A stretch of 64,000 bases of DNA. Origin: Polyangiaceae bacterium. GTDB taxonomy: Bacteria > Myxococcota_A > Polyangia > Polyangiales > Polyangiaceae. A program made the position numbers and the translations under genes. Every line of letters starts with the position of its first letter. Position 1 is the stretch's first letter. The DNA is taken from NCBI GenBank assembly GCA_965222375.1, contig CBDCTZ010000016.1, positions 2,272,001-2,336,000 of the forward strand, written 5' to 3'. The notes below the pieces were generated by a model that worked only from the letters and a program-made list of their open reading frames with translations, was not told the origin of the DNA and did no database searches. Shown in pieces: positions 37,601 to 47,953 of the stretch.

Positions 37601-38799
37601 CAGAGCGCACCCAACACCTGATCCATTGCCGCAACACCTTCCTCGAGCTGTGCCTGCGTAATCACCAAAGCCGGGCTGAAACGAACTCCTTGCCCGCCGG
37701 CCAGAGTGACGAGCACGCCTTTGTCTCGAAGGGCTCCGAGCACCGCTCGGGCGTCGACTTCGGGCTTGAGAACAACAGCCCAAAGCAGTCCTCGGCCGCG
37801 AACCGTTGCAACGTGCTTGGCATGCTTTTGGGCCAGCTTTTCCAGTCGCTCGGCCAAGAATCCGCCCAGCTCTTCGGCATGCGCCATGAGGCCGTCATCC
37901 TCGAGTACCTGCAGGACGGTGAGAGCTGCCTGGGATGCCAAGGCGCTACCACCGAAAGTCGTTCCGTGGCTGCCTGGGGGCAACGCATCTTTCAGATGTT
38001 CTCCACACAACATTGCGCCGATGGGCACGCCACCGGCGAGCCCCTTTGCGAGGGTGACGGCGTCCGGCGTGATGTCGGCGTGGTGACAGGCAAGGAAGCG
38101 ACCCGTGCGACCGACGCCAGTTTGGATTTCGTCCGCAAGGAGCAGGGCGCCGTGCTCCTTGGTCAGCTTGCGCAGCCCGGCTAGAAAACCCTCCGGCGCC
38201 GGAATCACGCCACCTTCGCCCTGTACCGGCTCGACGACAATGCCCGCGACATCGGGGCCCATGGCGCGTTCAACGGCGGCCAGGTCTCCATAGGGCACGT
38301 GGGTCACTCCCGGCAGCGGGCCGAAGCCGTCCCGGTACTTGGCCTGACCCGTCAGCGCCAGGGCGCCCAAGGTCCGCCCGTGAAAGGAACTCTTGAAGGC
38401 GATCATCCGGAAGCGATCCGTCTCTCCCTTGGCGAAGAAGTGTCGGCGGCACATCTTCAACATGGCTTCCATCGCCTCCGTGCCGGAGTTGCAGAAGAAA
38501 GCGCGGGATAGCCCCGTGAGTTGGCAGAGCTTCTGCGCCAGCTGGATGTTCGGGGCGTTGTAGTAGTAGTTTGAAAGGTGAATCACCTTTGAGCTCTGAG
38601 ACCGGAGCGCCTCGACGAGCTTGGGGTGTGCGTGACCCAAGGTGCTGACCGCGATGCCCGCAAATAGATCCAGGTAGCGCTTGCCCGACTGATCCCAGAG
38701 CTCTACGCCCTTGCCGTGACTCATGATGAAATCCGGCTGGCGGTAGTTGGGGTAGAGGTACTTCTTGGCTGCCTCGATGAGCTCTTTCTCGCTGGACAT
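37600..38799 (-). CDS. argD: Acetylornithine aminotransferase
   Basis: FCNSGTEA, FHGRT, EPVQGEGG, DEIQTG, AKGLAGG, HGTTFGG; directly upstream of argF. Confidence 0.93.
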   Translation of the reverse strand: MSSEKELIEAAKKYLYPNYRQPDFIMSHGKGVELWDQSGKRYLDLFAGIAVSTLGHAHPKLVEALRSQSSKVIHLSNYYYNAPNIQLAQKLCQLTGLSRAFFCNSGTEAMEAMLKMCRRHFFAKGETDRFRMIAFKSSFHGRTLGALALTGQAKYRDGFGPLPGVTHVPYGDLAAVERAMGPDVAGIVVEPVQGEGGVIPAPEGFLAGLRKLTKEHGALLLADEIQTGVGRTGRFLACHHADITPDAVTLAKGLAGGVPIGAMLCGEHLKDALPPGSHGTTFGGSALASQAALTVLQVLEDDGLMAHAEELGGFLAERLEKLAQKHAKHVATVRGRGLLWAVVLKPEVDARAVLGALRDKGVLVTLAGGQGVRFSPALVITQAQLEEGVAAMDQVLGAL

Positions 38800-38846
38800 G
38801 CCCGAGGACTAGCGCAGCGCACCGTCGGCGCCAATCTCCACGATTT

Positions 38847-39638
38847 CTAGGCGTCTCGCGCCTGAATCAGATGCTCCGCGAGTTCTACGAAGCCTGCGCT
38901 CCGCGGCGAGCGAGTGATGAAGCGCGGCGGGATACTCGGTCGGCCTCGCAGGTTGGCGACCGCCACACTGGTGCGAAAGGCTGCGAAACACGCGGCGTCA
39001 TTCTCGCTGTCTCCTACAAAGGCGTAGCGGGACAGTGCAGATGTCGAGTTCTCCTTCGCGACGCGCTGCAAAAAACTCACGCTGCCCGAGGCCTTATCCT
39101 GGCGGTCGAACGTAATATGCAAATGCACGCTGGATCGTTGGGTTTTCGCGCCGCGCCGCCGCGCGAAATCCATGATTTTTCGCGCCTCTGTGGGGGGTAC
39201 TTGGGCGTGCTCGCCGATGTCGAAGGTGTAGTCCGAGAGCCGGGCCGGGTTGTCGTCTGCGGCCTCCAGACCCGGAAAGGTCCGTCGGATTTCACTCGCC
39301 AGCGCCAGCAGTGCACGCCGGCGCTCAGCGCGCTGTGCAGCATCGAGGGTGTCCAAAGCGCGGACCCGACCGTCGAGCCGCGCAAAAGCCACGTTCCCGT
39401 TTTCCGTGATGGCACCGAGCAGTGGCCATTGGCGGCAGCTCAGTTCGCCCCACAGTGCCGGTCGCCCCGTGACGGCCACCAACGCAAGGCCCACCTCCCT
39501 CAGTCGGAACAGAGCGGAATACGCCTCTTGGTCCAAGCGCCCGCCGTCCAAGAAGGTGTCGTCCAGATCGAAGAGCAAGCCGCGAAGCCGCTTGGCTTCC
39601 TGTCTCGGCAGCTCGGTCAAGGTGCGCACACCCGCCAT
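38847..39638 (-). CDS. HAD-IIB family hydrolase
   Basis: FDLDDT, VTGRP, ENG, DK, VGDSEND. Confidence 0.85.
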   Translation of the reverse strand: MAGVRTLTELPRQEAKRLRGLLFDLDDTFLDGGRLDQEAYSALFRLREVGLALVAVTGRPALWGELSCRQWPLLGAITENGNVAFARLDGRVRALDTLDAAQRAERRRALLALASEIRRTFPGLEAADDNPARLSDYTFDIGEHAQVPPTEARKIMDFARRRGAKTQRSSVHLHITFDRQDKASGSVSFLQRVAKENSTSALSRYAFVGDSENDAACFAAFRTSVAVANLRGRPSIPPRFITRSPRSAGFVELAEHLIQARDA

Positions 39639-39707
39639 GCTGCGCGAAGAAACTCGGGGCGTAAACACGCGAAACGAACCGACGTGCTCCCGCCCCAGCG
39701 CTGCGCT

Positions 39708-41492
39708 ATGGTCAGTGGAGTGCAACCTGCGACGCTGTATCGGCTGACGCGGCGGTGCTGGCGGTGGCAGCTCGCGCTTGGTTGGCTCATTCGCGGGTTG
39801 GCGCTCGTCGCGCTGCTGGCGTGGCCAGCAGTCGCCTTCGCCGGGGGCCCGGACCCTTCGGGCGCTGGAACCGAGTCCTTCGAATCTCCTGGTGAAGTGC
39901 TCGTGGACCTGGAGGACGACACCGAAGAAGCTAGCTACAAGAGCCTATTTGCGGGTCTTGCCGTGGAAGTCCGGCCCACCGCGCTGTTCAAGCAGACTAG
40001 GCGTTTCGTCTTGCGCGCGGCTCCCACGCGGATGGACGAGCTGAGGCGCAAGCTGCAGGGGGACAGCCGGGTCGAAATCGTAGAGCCCAACCACCGAGTC
40101 CGCGCGCTGTTCGTACCCAACGATCCGATGCTCTCGGAGCAGTGGCACCTGAAACGGGTGCACGCCGAGCGAGCCTGGGACTTTTCCACTGGTCGGGGCG
40201 TGACAGTTGCAGTCGTAGATACTGGCATCGCCTGCGAGAGTTTTGGCCCGTTCACGAAGGCGAGCGACTTGGCGGAGACCAAGTGCGTTCGTGGTTTCGA
40301 CTTCATCAATCGGCGCAGTGAAGTTGCCGACGACCACGGTCATGGCACCCACGTAGCCGGCACCATCGCTCAGTCTACGGACAACGGAGTGGGAACCGCT
40401 GGGCTTGCGTTTGCGGCCAGGCTCATGCCCGTGAAGGTCCTCAATGGCATGGGTTGGGGAAGTTTTGCTTCTGTAGCTGACGGCATTCGTTTCGCCGCGG
40501 ATAACGGCGCCAACGTGATCAACCTGAGTCTGGGAGGGCCGTTCCCCTCTCGAGTGGTGGAAAAAGCCGTGCGCTACGCCCGGGGTCGCGGCGTGGTGGT
40601 GATCGCCGCAGCCGGCAACAGCGGTGGGTCCGTGGACTATCCCGGCGCCAGCAAGCACGTCGTCGGAGTGAGCGCCACGGATCCGAATGACAAGCTCGCC
40701 CCATTTTCGTCGCGGGGCACAGGCGTGGACATTGCCGCTCCCGGCGTTGGTGTCGTACAACAGTCGATCTGCGACGGCGGCAAAAACCACTGTGAGCTGT
40801 TCCCAAGTTGGAGTGGAACCAGCATGGCGGCACCTCACGTGGCCGGTACCGCCGCCTTGCTCGCGAGCATGGGAGTCACTCGACCCGAAGCGGTGGAGAA
40901 ACTGCTGCTGGGCACTGCGGTCCAAGTAGAAACTGGTCGAAAAGGCCGCGCCCATTTCGGTCGTGGAATCGTCGACGCAGGGGCGGCGGTCACCCGCGCC
41001 GCGCTCCGCAAGGTCCTGGCGCGCACTCTGGCCCTATCGCTGTTGATCTACCTCGTGTTTCGCTCGGTTCGACGCAAGGAGTCTCACTCTGCGTCACCCT
41101 GGCGGCCCGGCTTCTTGTTCACGGCGCTGTTGACCGGGCCTGGGCTGCTCTTCTTTGCGCCGTTGCTGTTGCCGCGCACCACTTGGGCAGTCGATTGGCT
41201 ATCGCGGCCTCTGGCCGATTGGGATTTGCTTTGGAGCGTTCAAGTGCATTCCGCGCTTCCCCTAGCCAACGTGTTCGTGCCGTTGGGGGTGACGCTGCTC
41301 TGCTTCGGAGTTCGAGGGATTCGTGGGCCTCTGGCTGGGCTTTGTCTCGGGACCGCGAGCTACCTGGTTGCTGAAGTCCTGCTGCAGGATCTTGCCTTCC
41401 CCCTGGGCAGCGTGGTTCTGACGATCTGGTGCGCGCTCAACGCGCTCCTATGCGCGGCTCTAGGCCGGCTGATCCTGCTTCGCCCCGCCTGA
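39708..41492 (+). CDS. S8 (subtilisin-like) serine peptidase with C-terminal multi-TM domain
   Basis: VAVVDTG, HGTHVAG, AAAGN, GTSMAAPH; about 5 C-terminal hydrophobic helices; ORF-track start 38871 judged too long. Confidence 0.9.
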   Translation: MVSGVQPATLYRLTRRCWRWQLALGWLIRGLALVALLAWPAVAFAGGPDPSGAGTESFESPGEVLVDLEDDTEEASYKSLFAGLAVEVRPTALFKQTRRFVLRAAPTRMDELRRKLQGDSRVEIVEPNHRVRALFVPNDPMLSEQWHLKRVHAERAWDFSTGRGVTVAVVDTGIACESFGPFTKASDLAETKCVRGFDFINRRSEVADDHGHGTHVAGTIAQSTDNGVGTAGLAFAARLMPVKVLNGMGWGSFASVADGIRFAADNGANVINLSLGGPFPSRVVEKAVRYARGRGVVVIAAAGNSGGSVDYPGASKHVVGVSATDPNDKLAPFSSRGTGVDIAAPGVGVVQQSICDGGKNHCELFPSWSGTSMAAPHVAGTAALLASMGVTRPEAVEKLLLGTAVQVETGRKGRAHFGRGIVDAGAAVTRAALRKVLARTLALSLLIYLVFRSVRRKESHSASPWRPGFLFTALLTGPGLLFFAPLLLPRTTWAVDWLSRPLADWDLLWSVQVHSALPLANVFVPLGVTLLCFGVRGIRGPLAGLCLGTASYLVAEVLLQDLAFPLGSVVLTIWCALNALLCAALGRLILLRPA

Positions 41493-41627
41493 GTGTGTCG
41501 CTCAGCAAGCGCGGTTTGCCAAAACTCTTCGCGTTGCCTTTCTGGGGGTCGCGGGCTTGGGCCCCGCAGCTGCACTACTCCCGTGCGTTGTCTTGCATAT
41601 GCGACTGCGCTTGGGTTCTCGCTGCCG

Positions 41628-41975
41628 CTACGTGCAACACGGATTGCCGCTGCAGGGCGGCGTCAGATCGCATACGCCCGGGCCGAGGCAACAGGTGCCA
41701 GCGCTCGTTTTACATTTCGCGGGGCAACCCGCGGCGCCAGCCGCGCCACCTGTCGAGAAACCACCCGTGCCCGTCCCCCCGACGGCGCCAGACCCGCCAG
41801 TGCCCGAGCCCCCCGCCCCGAAGCCTCCGCTGCCGTTGGTCGGATCCGCGCAAGTGCCGTCTTCGCAGATGCGGTCTCCCTTGCACTCGTTGTCGTTCTT
41901 GCAGCCGTCTTCTTCTGCGGAGCAGGAGGCCCCCAGCAGGATCAAGGCCAAGGCCGCAATTCTGAAACGGCTCAC
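41628..41975 (-). CDS. Small Cys-rich lipoprotein
   Basis: Lipobox GASC; CKNDNECKGDRICEDGTC; Gly linker; second Cys cluster. Confidence 0.65.
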   Translation of the reverse strand: MSRFRIAALALILLGASCSAEEDGCKNDNECKGDRICEDGTCADPTNGSGGFGAGGSGTGGSGAVGGTGTGGFSTGGAAGAAGCPAKCKTSAGTCCLGPGVCDLTPPCSGNPCCT

Positions 41976-42379
41976 TCGCCTTCCCCGCTGGTGAGCTGGG
42001 CTTCCGCGTGTTCGTGAGCGTCAAAGGTCTCGAGGGTCGCTCCGATTCGTTCCACGAGTTGCCCCAGGGGCGCTTCCGCGGCGTCCGTGACTAATGCGTC
42101 GAAGTCCTTGCGCAGGACAGCGTGTTGCCCCCGAAGCTCCTCTGCCACGTCACGGAGCTCGGGGCGGTCCCGAACGAGATCTGCCAGGTAGCCGCCCTCT
42201 TCTTCGCTGGCAAAGTGGCCGAGTAGGAGCTCGCGCAGGGATTCCAATTCGTGGCGTAGAACCCCTCGCAGCCGCGCCTCGGGCAAGACACCTCGTGGTG
42301 CCGAAATGATGACGTGTAGTCGGTCCGCGCTGCGTCGCAGCGGCACCGAGGGCGCAAGTTCCTCTAACCCTGTGCTCAC
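41972..42379 (-). CDS. Hemerythrin-like (HHE) domain protein
   Basis: HFASEE, H, HEHAE helical metal-ligand pattern. Confidence 0.72.
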   Translation of the reverse strand: MSTGLEELAPSVPLRRSADRLHVIISAPRGVLPEARLRGVLRHELESLRELLLGHFASEEEGGYLADLVRDRPELRDVAEELRGQHAVLRKDFDALVTDAAEAPLGQLVERIGATLETFDAHEHAEAQLTSGEGE

Positions 42380-42427
42380 AGCCCAAGGCTAGATCGCGTC
42401 AGCGAATGTACAAGGGGAAGCGACGTG

Positions 42428-44164
42428 TCAGCCTGGCGTAGGTGCTTTTTGGGGCGTCTTCGGGTCAGCGGCCCCGGGCTTTTTCGGCGCTTTGATAGCC
42501 GCTACAGCCTTCGCAACGATGTCCTTGGGCAGTCGTTCTTGCAGCTTGCAGGCGGGCCCGAAACCGGCCGCGCATGCGCGCACGACCAGGTCCGCGGCAC
42601 GAGGAATGTCGCGTTTCACGCCCTTGCCTTGCCCATACGCGACACCTGCGATCAGACAGGACTGGACCTCACCAAAGCGACACAACTTCTCCGCGCGCTC
42701 GGCGCCTTCGGCGATGCGCTCTTTCCCACCTTGCCCCAACACCAAGGCACGCGCGTGCATGCTGCATCCCTGCAGAGAACCCTGACCGCGACAGGACCGC
42801 TCCAAGATGGCGAGGCCCTTCTCCTTGTCCCGCTCCATGCCTTGGCCTTCAAGGAGCTGAGCGCCGTAGTAGGCGCAGCCGTTGCCGTCCCCGCCTTTGC
42901 AGCCTTTGCGGAACAGCTCGCCTGCTCGCGCTGCGTCGGGTTTTCCGTCTAGCCCCTGTACGATGAGTCCACCAAGTAGGGTGCAGCCGGGAGGAAAGCC
43001 GGCGTCACAAGCCGCGCGGGCCCGCTTCAGGGCGCTCTGTGGATTTTGCTTGATCGTGCTGCCGCCGGAAAGCTCGAAAAGGGCCAGGGTCGTACAGCCA
43101 TGGGGGCTACCCGCATCGCAGGCGTCTTGAACCAGCTTCGTGCCGCGCGAGATGTCTCGTTCGATCCCGCCGCCCCCCACGACCAGGGCGCGACCGTAGG
43201 CGGCGCAACCGTCGGGCAGCCCGTGGGAGCAGGCACGCTCGAAGTAGGTCACGGCCTTCTTCGCATCGGGCTTTCCCGCGCCGGCGCCAGCGTACATCTC
43301 TCCCAGAAGCGCGCAGCCCGCCGGCGGCGCGCGGTCACAGGCGCGCTCCAGGACACGCATGGCCCGTGGTGGATCGCGTTCGGCACCAATTCCCGACAGA
43401 TGGGCCATTCCGACGTAGGCGCATGCGTCCTCCAGTTCGCCGTCGCAGAACTCGCGGAACTTCTTCACGGCGCCCTCGGGGTTGCGCTGGACCCCTCCCT
43501 GGCCGTGGTACTGCAGCACTGCCAGACCCAAGCAGCCCCGCTTCTCGCCGCCATCACAGGCGGTCTTGAAGAACTTCTGTGACTTCGTGGCGTCGCGTTT
43601 CACGCCGATGCCATTCAGACTCGCCAGCCCAAGCAGCGCACAGCCCCGCTGCTCGCCAGCGTCACAGGCGCGCGTCGCGAGTTTTACTCCACGCTTTGGG
43701 TCGGCACCTTTGCCGCCGCGCCCGAATATGAGCAGGTGCCCAAGCCCGGCACAGCCCAGGGGGCTGCCGCCGTCGCACGCGCGGACGAAGTTCTTCTCCG
43801 CCGCCTCGGGGTCACGGGGCGTGCCGCGACCATTGTACTGCGCGCGTCCGAGCCGGGCACAGCCCTCGGCACTGTTGCCCGCGCAAGCCTTGTTCAAGAT
43901 CCGAACCGCCCGCAGGGCTTCTGAGTCCGACCCATCCGCGAGTGCTTTTCCCAACGCGAGGCAAGCTTTCGCATCGGGTGGTGTCGCTTTGCATAGGGTC
44001 GAGCACGCGAGTCTCTCACCATTCTGACAGGCGACCGCGAATTCCGCCGTGTCGCTATCGGCGGTGCTCTTGGCCCACATCCAGAACACGATGCCGACCG
44101 CCGCAGCGAACGTAAGCCCCACGGCCGTCCAGATCACGGGTTGGTTGGATTCTTCCTCGCTCAT
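42428..44164 (-). CDS. Membrane-anchored Sel1-like repeat protein (Cys-paired, Hcp-like)
   Basis: N-terminal TM; about a dozen ~36-aa repeats ACxxG...GCxxLG..Y..G.G. Confidence 0.88.
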   Translation of the reverse strand: MSEEESNQPVIWTAVGLTFAAAVGIVFWMWAKSTADSDTAEFAVACQNGERLACSTLCKATPPDAKACLALGKALADGSDSEALRAVRILNKACAGNSAEGCARLGRAQYNGRGTPRDPEAAEKNFVRACDGGSPLGCAGLGHLLIFGRGGKGADPKRGVKLATRACDAGEQRGCALLGLASLNGIGVKRDATKSQKFFKTACDGGEKRGCLGLAVLQYHGQGGVQRNPEGAVKKFREFCDGELEDACAYVGMAHLSGIGAERDPPRAMRVLERACDRAPPAGCALLGEMYAGAGAGKPDAKKAVTYFERACSHGLPDGCAAYGRALVVGGGGIERDISRGTKLVQDACDAGSPHGCTTLALFELSGGSTIKQNPQSALKRARAACDAGFPPGCTLLGGLIVQGLDGKPDAARAGELFRKGCKGGDGNGCAYYGAQLLEGQGMERDKEKGLAILERSCRGQGSLQGCSMHARALVLGQGGKERIAEGAERAEKLCRFGEVQSCLIAGVAYGQGKGVKRDIPRAADLVVRACAAGFGPACKLQERLPKDIVAKAVAAIKAPKKPGAADPKTPQKAPTPG

Positions 44165-44344
44165 TTTCGCCGGGACCCTAACGCCAGGAGCGCCACCCTG
44201 GGAAGCCTTGAAGGGGATCTGAAAGCTCAGCACGCCCATTTGGGGCGCCGCTCTGTTTTGGGGCGCTCAGGTCGAAGGCCAACCTGCTTTTTCCCGGCAA
44301 TTCGCTTGGCAATGTCTTTGCACTGGGATTCCGGAGGAGGTTGC

Positions 44345-45754
44345 ATGGACAACGACGCTGCCGCTGACACGCTTTCGGAGATTTCGAAATTGGTTTTTGG
44401 TCGAGAGTTCGGCGAGGCGCGCGAACGCGCCCGACGACTCTGGGCCAGCCTTTCGAAGAACGAAGATGCCGATCCTTTGCTTCGGGGTTGGGCACGCTTC
44501 TATGACTTCAAATGCAGCTACGAATTGTGCGACTACCGCGCGGCCTTCGACCTGATTAGCTCGCCCCCAGGCGTGCACTTCAGCATGACCGCCACCAACG
44601 TGGCTTGGATGTACTCGGTTGCCGCGGAACTCGCGATGCATCTGGGGCTGGCCCAGGAAGTCGTGCGCTTTGCGCAGCGCTGTTTGGAGCTGCGCCAGGG
44701 AGAATCGCATCGCGTCGCCCGCGCGCAGTGCCTCCAAACGGCATGTGTTCTACTTGCCGAGCTCCGCAGGGATGACCTCAACCTACCGTTTTCTCGCGAG
44801 CTCATCGACACATCCGAGCTCGCCGGTATCGAACTCCAGTTGCTTCGCGGCTGCCGCTATCTGATGGCGGCTTCTGAAACCCCGGCCAAGCAGGATCAAC
44901 ATCGATTGATTGGTGTGCTGCCGCGCCTCTCCCAGTTCTCGGATGACCGCGTTTCCGCTGAAGCCATCGAGTGCATTGCAGCGATTGAGCGCGCGCCTTG
45001 GTTTGAGCCAAGCCTGTCCCAAGGGTTGCGGAGGCGGCGCGAACATTGCGCCGTCATGTGCGAACTCGCCCGTCGGGGTGATGCGGGCAAACTGGAAAGC
45101 GTCTTGGCGAGTGATCCCGAAGTAGATCCCCGGGATGGCTGCGCGCGCAGCCCGCTGCACCACGCGGCTTTCGCAGGTCATGTTGCGGCGGTTCGAGTCC
45201 TGCTCGATGCTGGAGCTGAGGTTGACGCTCAGAACATCCAACGCCGTACGCCTCTCGTGCTCGCGGCAGACCAGGGCTACACCCACGTTGCTGCCTTGCT
45301 CCTCGACGCTGGCGCGGACCCCAACCTACTGGGGATTGCAGACCAAACGGCGCTGCACGTCGCTTGCTGGCAAGGGCACACCGACTGTGTGCGCTTGCTG
45401 CTCGCTCGCGGCGCAGACGTCGCGCTCGTGGACGCGACTGGCAACACCGCACTCACCTTGACGGCTACGGAGCCCCAGCCGACGGTAGTCGAGATGTTGG
45501 TGCGGGCGGGAGCCAGTGTGAATCAGACGACCAAGCTGGGTCACACGCCCCTGATGAAGGCAGCCATGGAAGGGCAGTCGCGCGTCGTCGAAGTGCTGCT
45601 AGCTCTAGACGCGGACCCGAGCCGACGCGATTGTCACGGCTTGAGCGCACGGGACTGGGCGGAGCGGGAGGGGCACTCGCCGGTAGTGGCGCTGCTGGCC
45701 GATGCGAAACGAGCCAAGCGCGAGAACGGGCACGCGACATTGCGGCTTGGCTGA
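44345..45754 (+). CDS. Ankyrin-repeat protein with helical N-terminal domain
   Basis: SPLHHAA, TPLVLAA, TALHVAC, TALTLTA, TPLMKAA repeats. Confidence 0.88.
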   Translation: MDNDAAADTLSEISKLVFGREFGEARERARRLWASLSKNEDADPLLRGWARFYDFKCSYELCDYRAAFDLISSPPGVHFSMTATNVAWMYSVAAELAMHLGLAQEVVRFAQRCLELRQGESHRVARAQCLQTACVLLAELRRDDLNLPFSRELIDTSELAGIELQLLRGCRYLMAASETPAKQDQHRLIGVLPRLSQFSDDRVSAEAIECIAAIERAPWFEPSLSQGLRRRREHCAVMCELARRGDAGKLESVLASDPEVDPRDGCARSPLHHAAFAGHVAAVRVLLDAGAEVDAQNIQRRTPLVLAADQGYTHVAALLLDAGADPNLLGIADQTALHVACWQGHTDCVRLLLARGADVALVDATGNTALTLTATEPQPTVVEMLVRAGASVNQTTKLGHTPLMKAAMEGQSRVVEVLLALDADPSRRDCHGLSARDWAEREGHSPVVALLADAKRAKRENGHATLRLG

Positions 45755-45773
45755 CGCCGGGTTGTGCGATTGG

Positions 45774-46340
45774 TCAGCTACCAGGCAAACACCAGTTGTC
45801 CGGGCTGCCGCTGAAGTTGATGGGAACGCAGCTCTTCATGCCATCTGGGCAGTCTGCCGGGGTGGTGCAGGTATTGGAGCAGCGATATGCGCTACCTACC
45901 TCGACGCAAACTGCGGAGGCACAATCGCCCTCGCCGGTGCAGGGGTCTCCGACGGCGCCCTTGCCACGCAATCCGGTGACGCAGCAGGGCACGGGCGCCA
46001 GCTCGGTGCCGAGATTCTGGCATCGCTGGTCACTGGCACACTCGAAGTTAGAGAAACATTCCTTCGCACTCAGCTCCGTGCAGTTCGAGATGGGCGCTGC
46101 ATCCGCGCCTGCGTCCGCGCCGCCAAAGCCCGAAGCGCCACCGCTAGCGGCGCCGCTGCCACCTGCGCTCCCGCCGCTGGCCGCTGCTGCGGTGCCTCCG
46201 CTTCCTCCGCTGGGCACTCCGCCGCTCGCGTTCCCCCCGCTCGCGAAAGCGCCGCCCGTCCCTCCAGCGCCGGGCTTCGGGTCATCGGCACTGCACGCTG
46301 ACAGCAGCAGCCCGAGCAACAGTCCCGAGGTGATTCGCAT
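45774..46340 (-). CDS. Cys-rich lipoprotein with Gly linker
   Basis: Lipobox LSAC; Gly/Ser/Ala linker; Cys-rich C-terminal domain. Confidence 0.72.
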   Translation of the reverse strand: MRITSGLLLGLLLSACSADDPKPGAGGTGGAFASGGNASGGVPSGGSGGTAAAASGGSAGGSGAASGGASGFGGADAGADAAPISNCTELSAKECFSNFECASDQRCQNLGTELAPVPCCVTGLRGKGAVGDPCTGEGDCASAVCVEVGSAYRCSNTCTTPADCPDGMKSCVPINFSGSPDNWCLPGS

Positions 46341-46375
46341 GCACTGAGTGTACAAGGTGCTACGGTCGGCTGCAC

Positions 46376-47953
46376 ATGGCGAAGCCGTCCGAAGCCCAGC
46401 TCGGCGCTGCCTGCGCGGATTGGGAGCGTGCCCTCGGGCCGGGCCATGTGATTCGGGAGGCTGCACCACTTCGAGCGGCGGCGACGGCAACGTTCGCGAC
46501 CTCCGCTCGAGTCTGCGCCATCATCCGCCCAAGTTCTACCGATGAAGTTCGCGAGTCGTTGCGCATCGCTACGCGCCACGGCGTACCTGTCTATCCCACG
46601 AGTCGCGGCGCGAATTGGGGGCTCGGCTCACGGGTGCCTGTCAAGGACGCTGTGTTGTTGGATCTGGGGCGAATGGAGGCGATCACGGACTACGATGACG
46701 AGCTTGGCTGCGTCAGCGTACAGCCGGGAGTCACCTTTCAGTCGCTATTCGAGTTCTTGAAGCGCAACTCCTCGCGCCATTCTCTCAACGTCATCGGTGG
46801 TAGCCCGCACGCCAGCGTGTTGGCAAACGCTCTCGAGCGGGGTGACGGCAGCGGGCCCAATGCCTACCGATTCGATCACGTGGCCAACCTCGAAGTCGTG
46901 TTGCCGAGCGGGGAGCTACTCCACACAGGTTTTGGCCGCTGGGGATCGGGCGACCTTGGCGCTCTGCACCGATACGGCGTCGGTCCGTCTCTGGACGGAC
47001 TGTTTTCCCAAAGCAATCTAGGCGTCGTTACCCGAATCACGCTGTGGTTGGCTCGAACGCCGAACGCGTTGGCCGCGATTCGGTTTCGCTTTCGCGATGC
47101 CCACGCTCTGGCGCCGGTCGTGGATGCGATTCGCGATCTGCGGCGCGAGGGCACGCTGCGAAGCGGCTCCGCATTGAGCAACGATCTCCGAGTGCTCTCG
47201 ACGTCCCGCCAGTATCCCTGGGAACTCACCGGTGGTCGCACGCCAATCAGCGCCGCAGAGCGCAGCTCTCTTCGGGACGAACTGGGTGGGGTTCGCTGGT
47301 TTGGTTTGAGCTCCGTATTCGCGGCATCCCCGGAGCAGCGTGACGCCAACGTGGCCCGGGTGCGCGCGCGACTAGCTCCCCTAGTGGAGGGTTTGGACGT
47401 GACTGAGCTGGACGGAGACCGGCCTGCGGATGGACAGTTCGGTCCAGAACCGGCTTTCAAGTTCCTGTTGGGCATGCCCCACGAAGCCAGCATGCGCAGC
47501 ATGTACTTCCGAAAACGCGGTGCAATCCCGTCTGTGATGAAACCGGATCAAGACGATGTTGGCGTGTTGTGGGCCTGCCCAACCGCCGCCTTTCGCGGCG
47601 CGGACGTGGAGCGCGCCGTCGAGTTGCTGGAGAGCGTGTTTGCCGAGCATGGCTTTGAACCCCTGCTCGTCATCGCTGCGCCCGTCGAACGCGTGGTGTT
47701 TCCGGTGCCGCTCATCATCTACGATCGCGCGATCGAGGGGGAGGATGAGCGTGCGCTTGCCTGCCACGATGACATGCTGAGCAAGCTCGTTGCCGATGGC
47801 TTCTTGCCCCACCGCCTCGGAATTCAGTCCATGAACGCGCTTCCGAAAAGCCGCGACGACTTCGACCTGATTCTACATCGGCTCAAGCGGTTGCTCGATC
47901 CGGCCCTGGTGCTGGCACCAGGGCGCTACGACTTCGGGGCCGAATCGGATTGA
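46376..47953 (+). CDS. FAD-linked oxidase, VAO/p-cresol methylhydroxylase flavoprotein-like
   Basis: PTSRGANWGLGS, VQPGVTF, ALERGDG, GPSLDGLFSQSNLGVVT, LDPALVLAPGRY. Confidence 0.85.
   Translation: MAKPSEAQLGAACADWERALGPGHVIREAAPLRAAATATFATSARVCAIIRPSSTDEVRESLRIATRHGVPVYPTSRGANWGLGSRVPVKDAVLLDLGRMEAITDYDDELGCVSVQPGVTFQSLFEFLKRNSSRHSLNVIGGSPHASVLANALERGDGSGPNAYRFDHVANLEVVLPSGELLHTGFGRWGSGDLGALHRYGVGPSLDGLFSQSNLGVVTRITLWLARTPNALAAIRFRFRDAHALAPVVDAIRDLRREGTLRSGSALSNDLRVLSTSRQYPWELTGGRTPISAAERSSLRDELGGVRWFGLSSVFAASPEQRDANVARVRARLAPLVEGLDVTELDGDRPADGQFGPEPAFKFLLGMPHEASMRSMYFRKRGAIPSVMKPDQDDVGVLWACPTAAFRGADVERAVELLESVFAEHGFEPLLVIAAPVERVVFPVPLIIYDRAIEGEDERALACHDDMLSKLVADGFLPHRLGIQSMNALPKSRDDFDLILHRLKRLLDPALVLAPGRYDFGAESD

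Noticed and set aside
38871..39707. N-terminal 279 codons of the 873-aa ORF
   Set aside because: Overlaps the HAD hydrolase on the opposite strand; the peptidase signal region begins near 39708
41628..46340. Small Cys-rich proteins as RiPP precursors for the nearby radical SAM enzyme
   Set aside because: They have lipoprotein signals and disulfide-type Cys spacing, lie on the opposite strand, and the rSAM shows no SPASM motif
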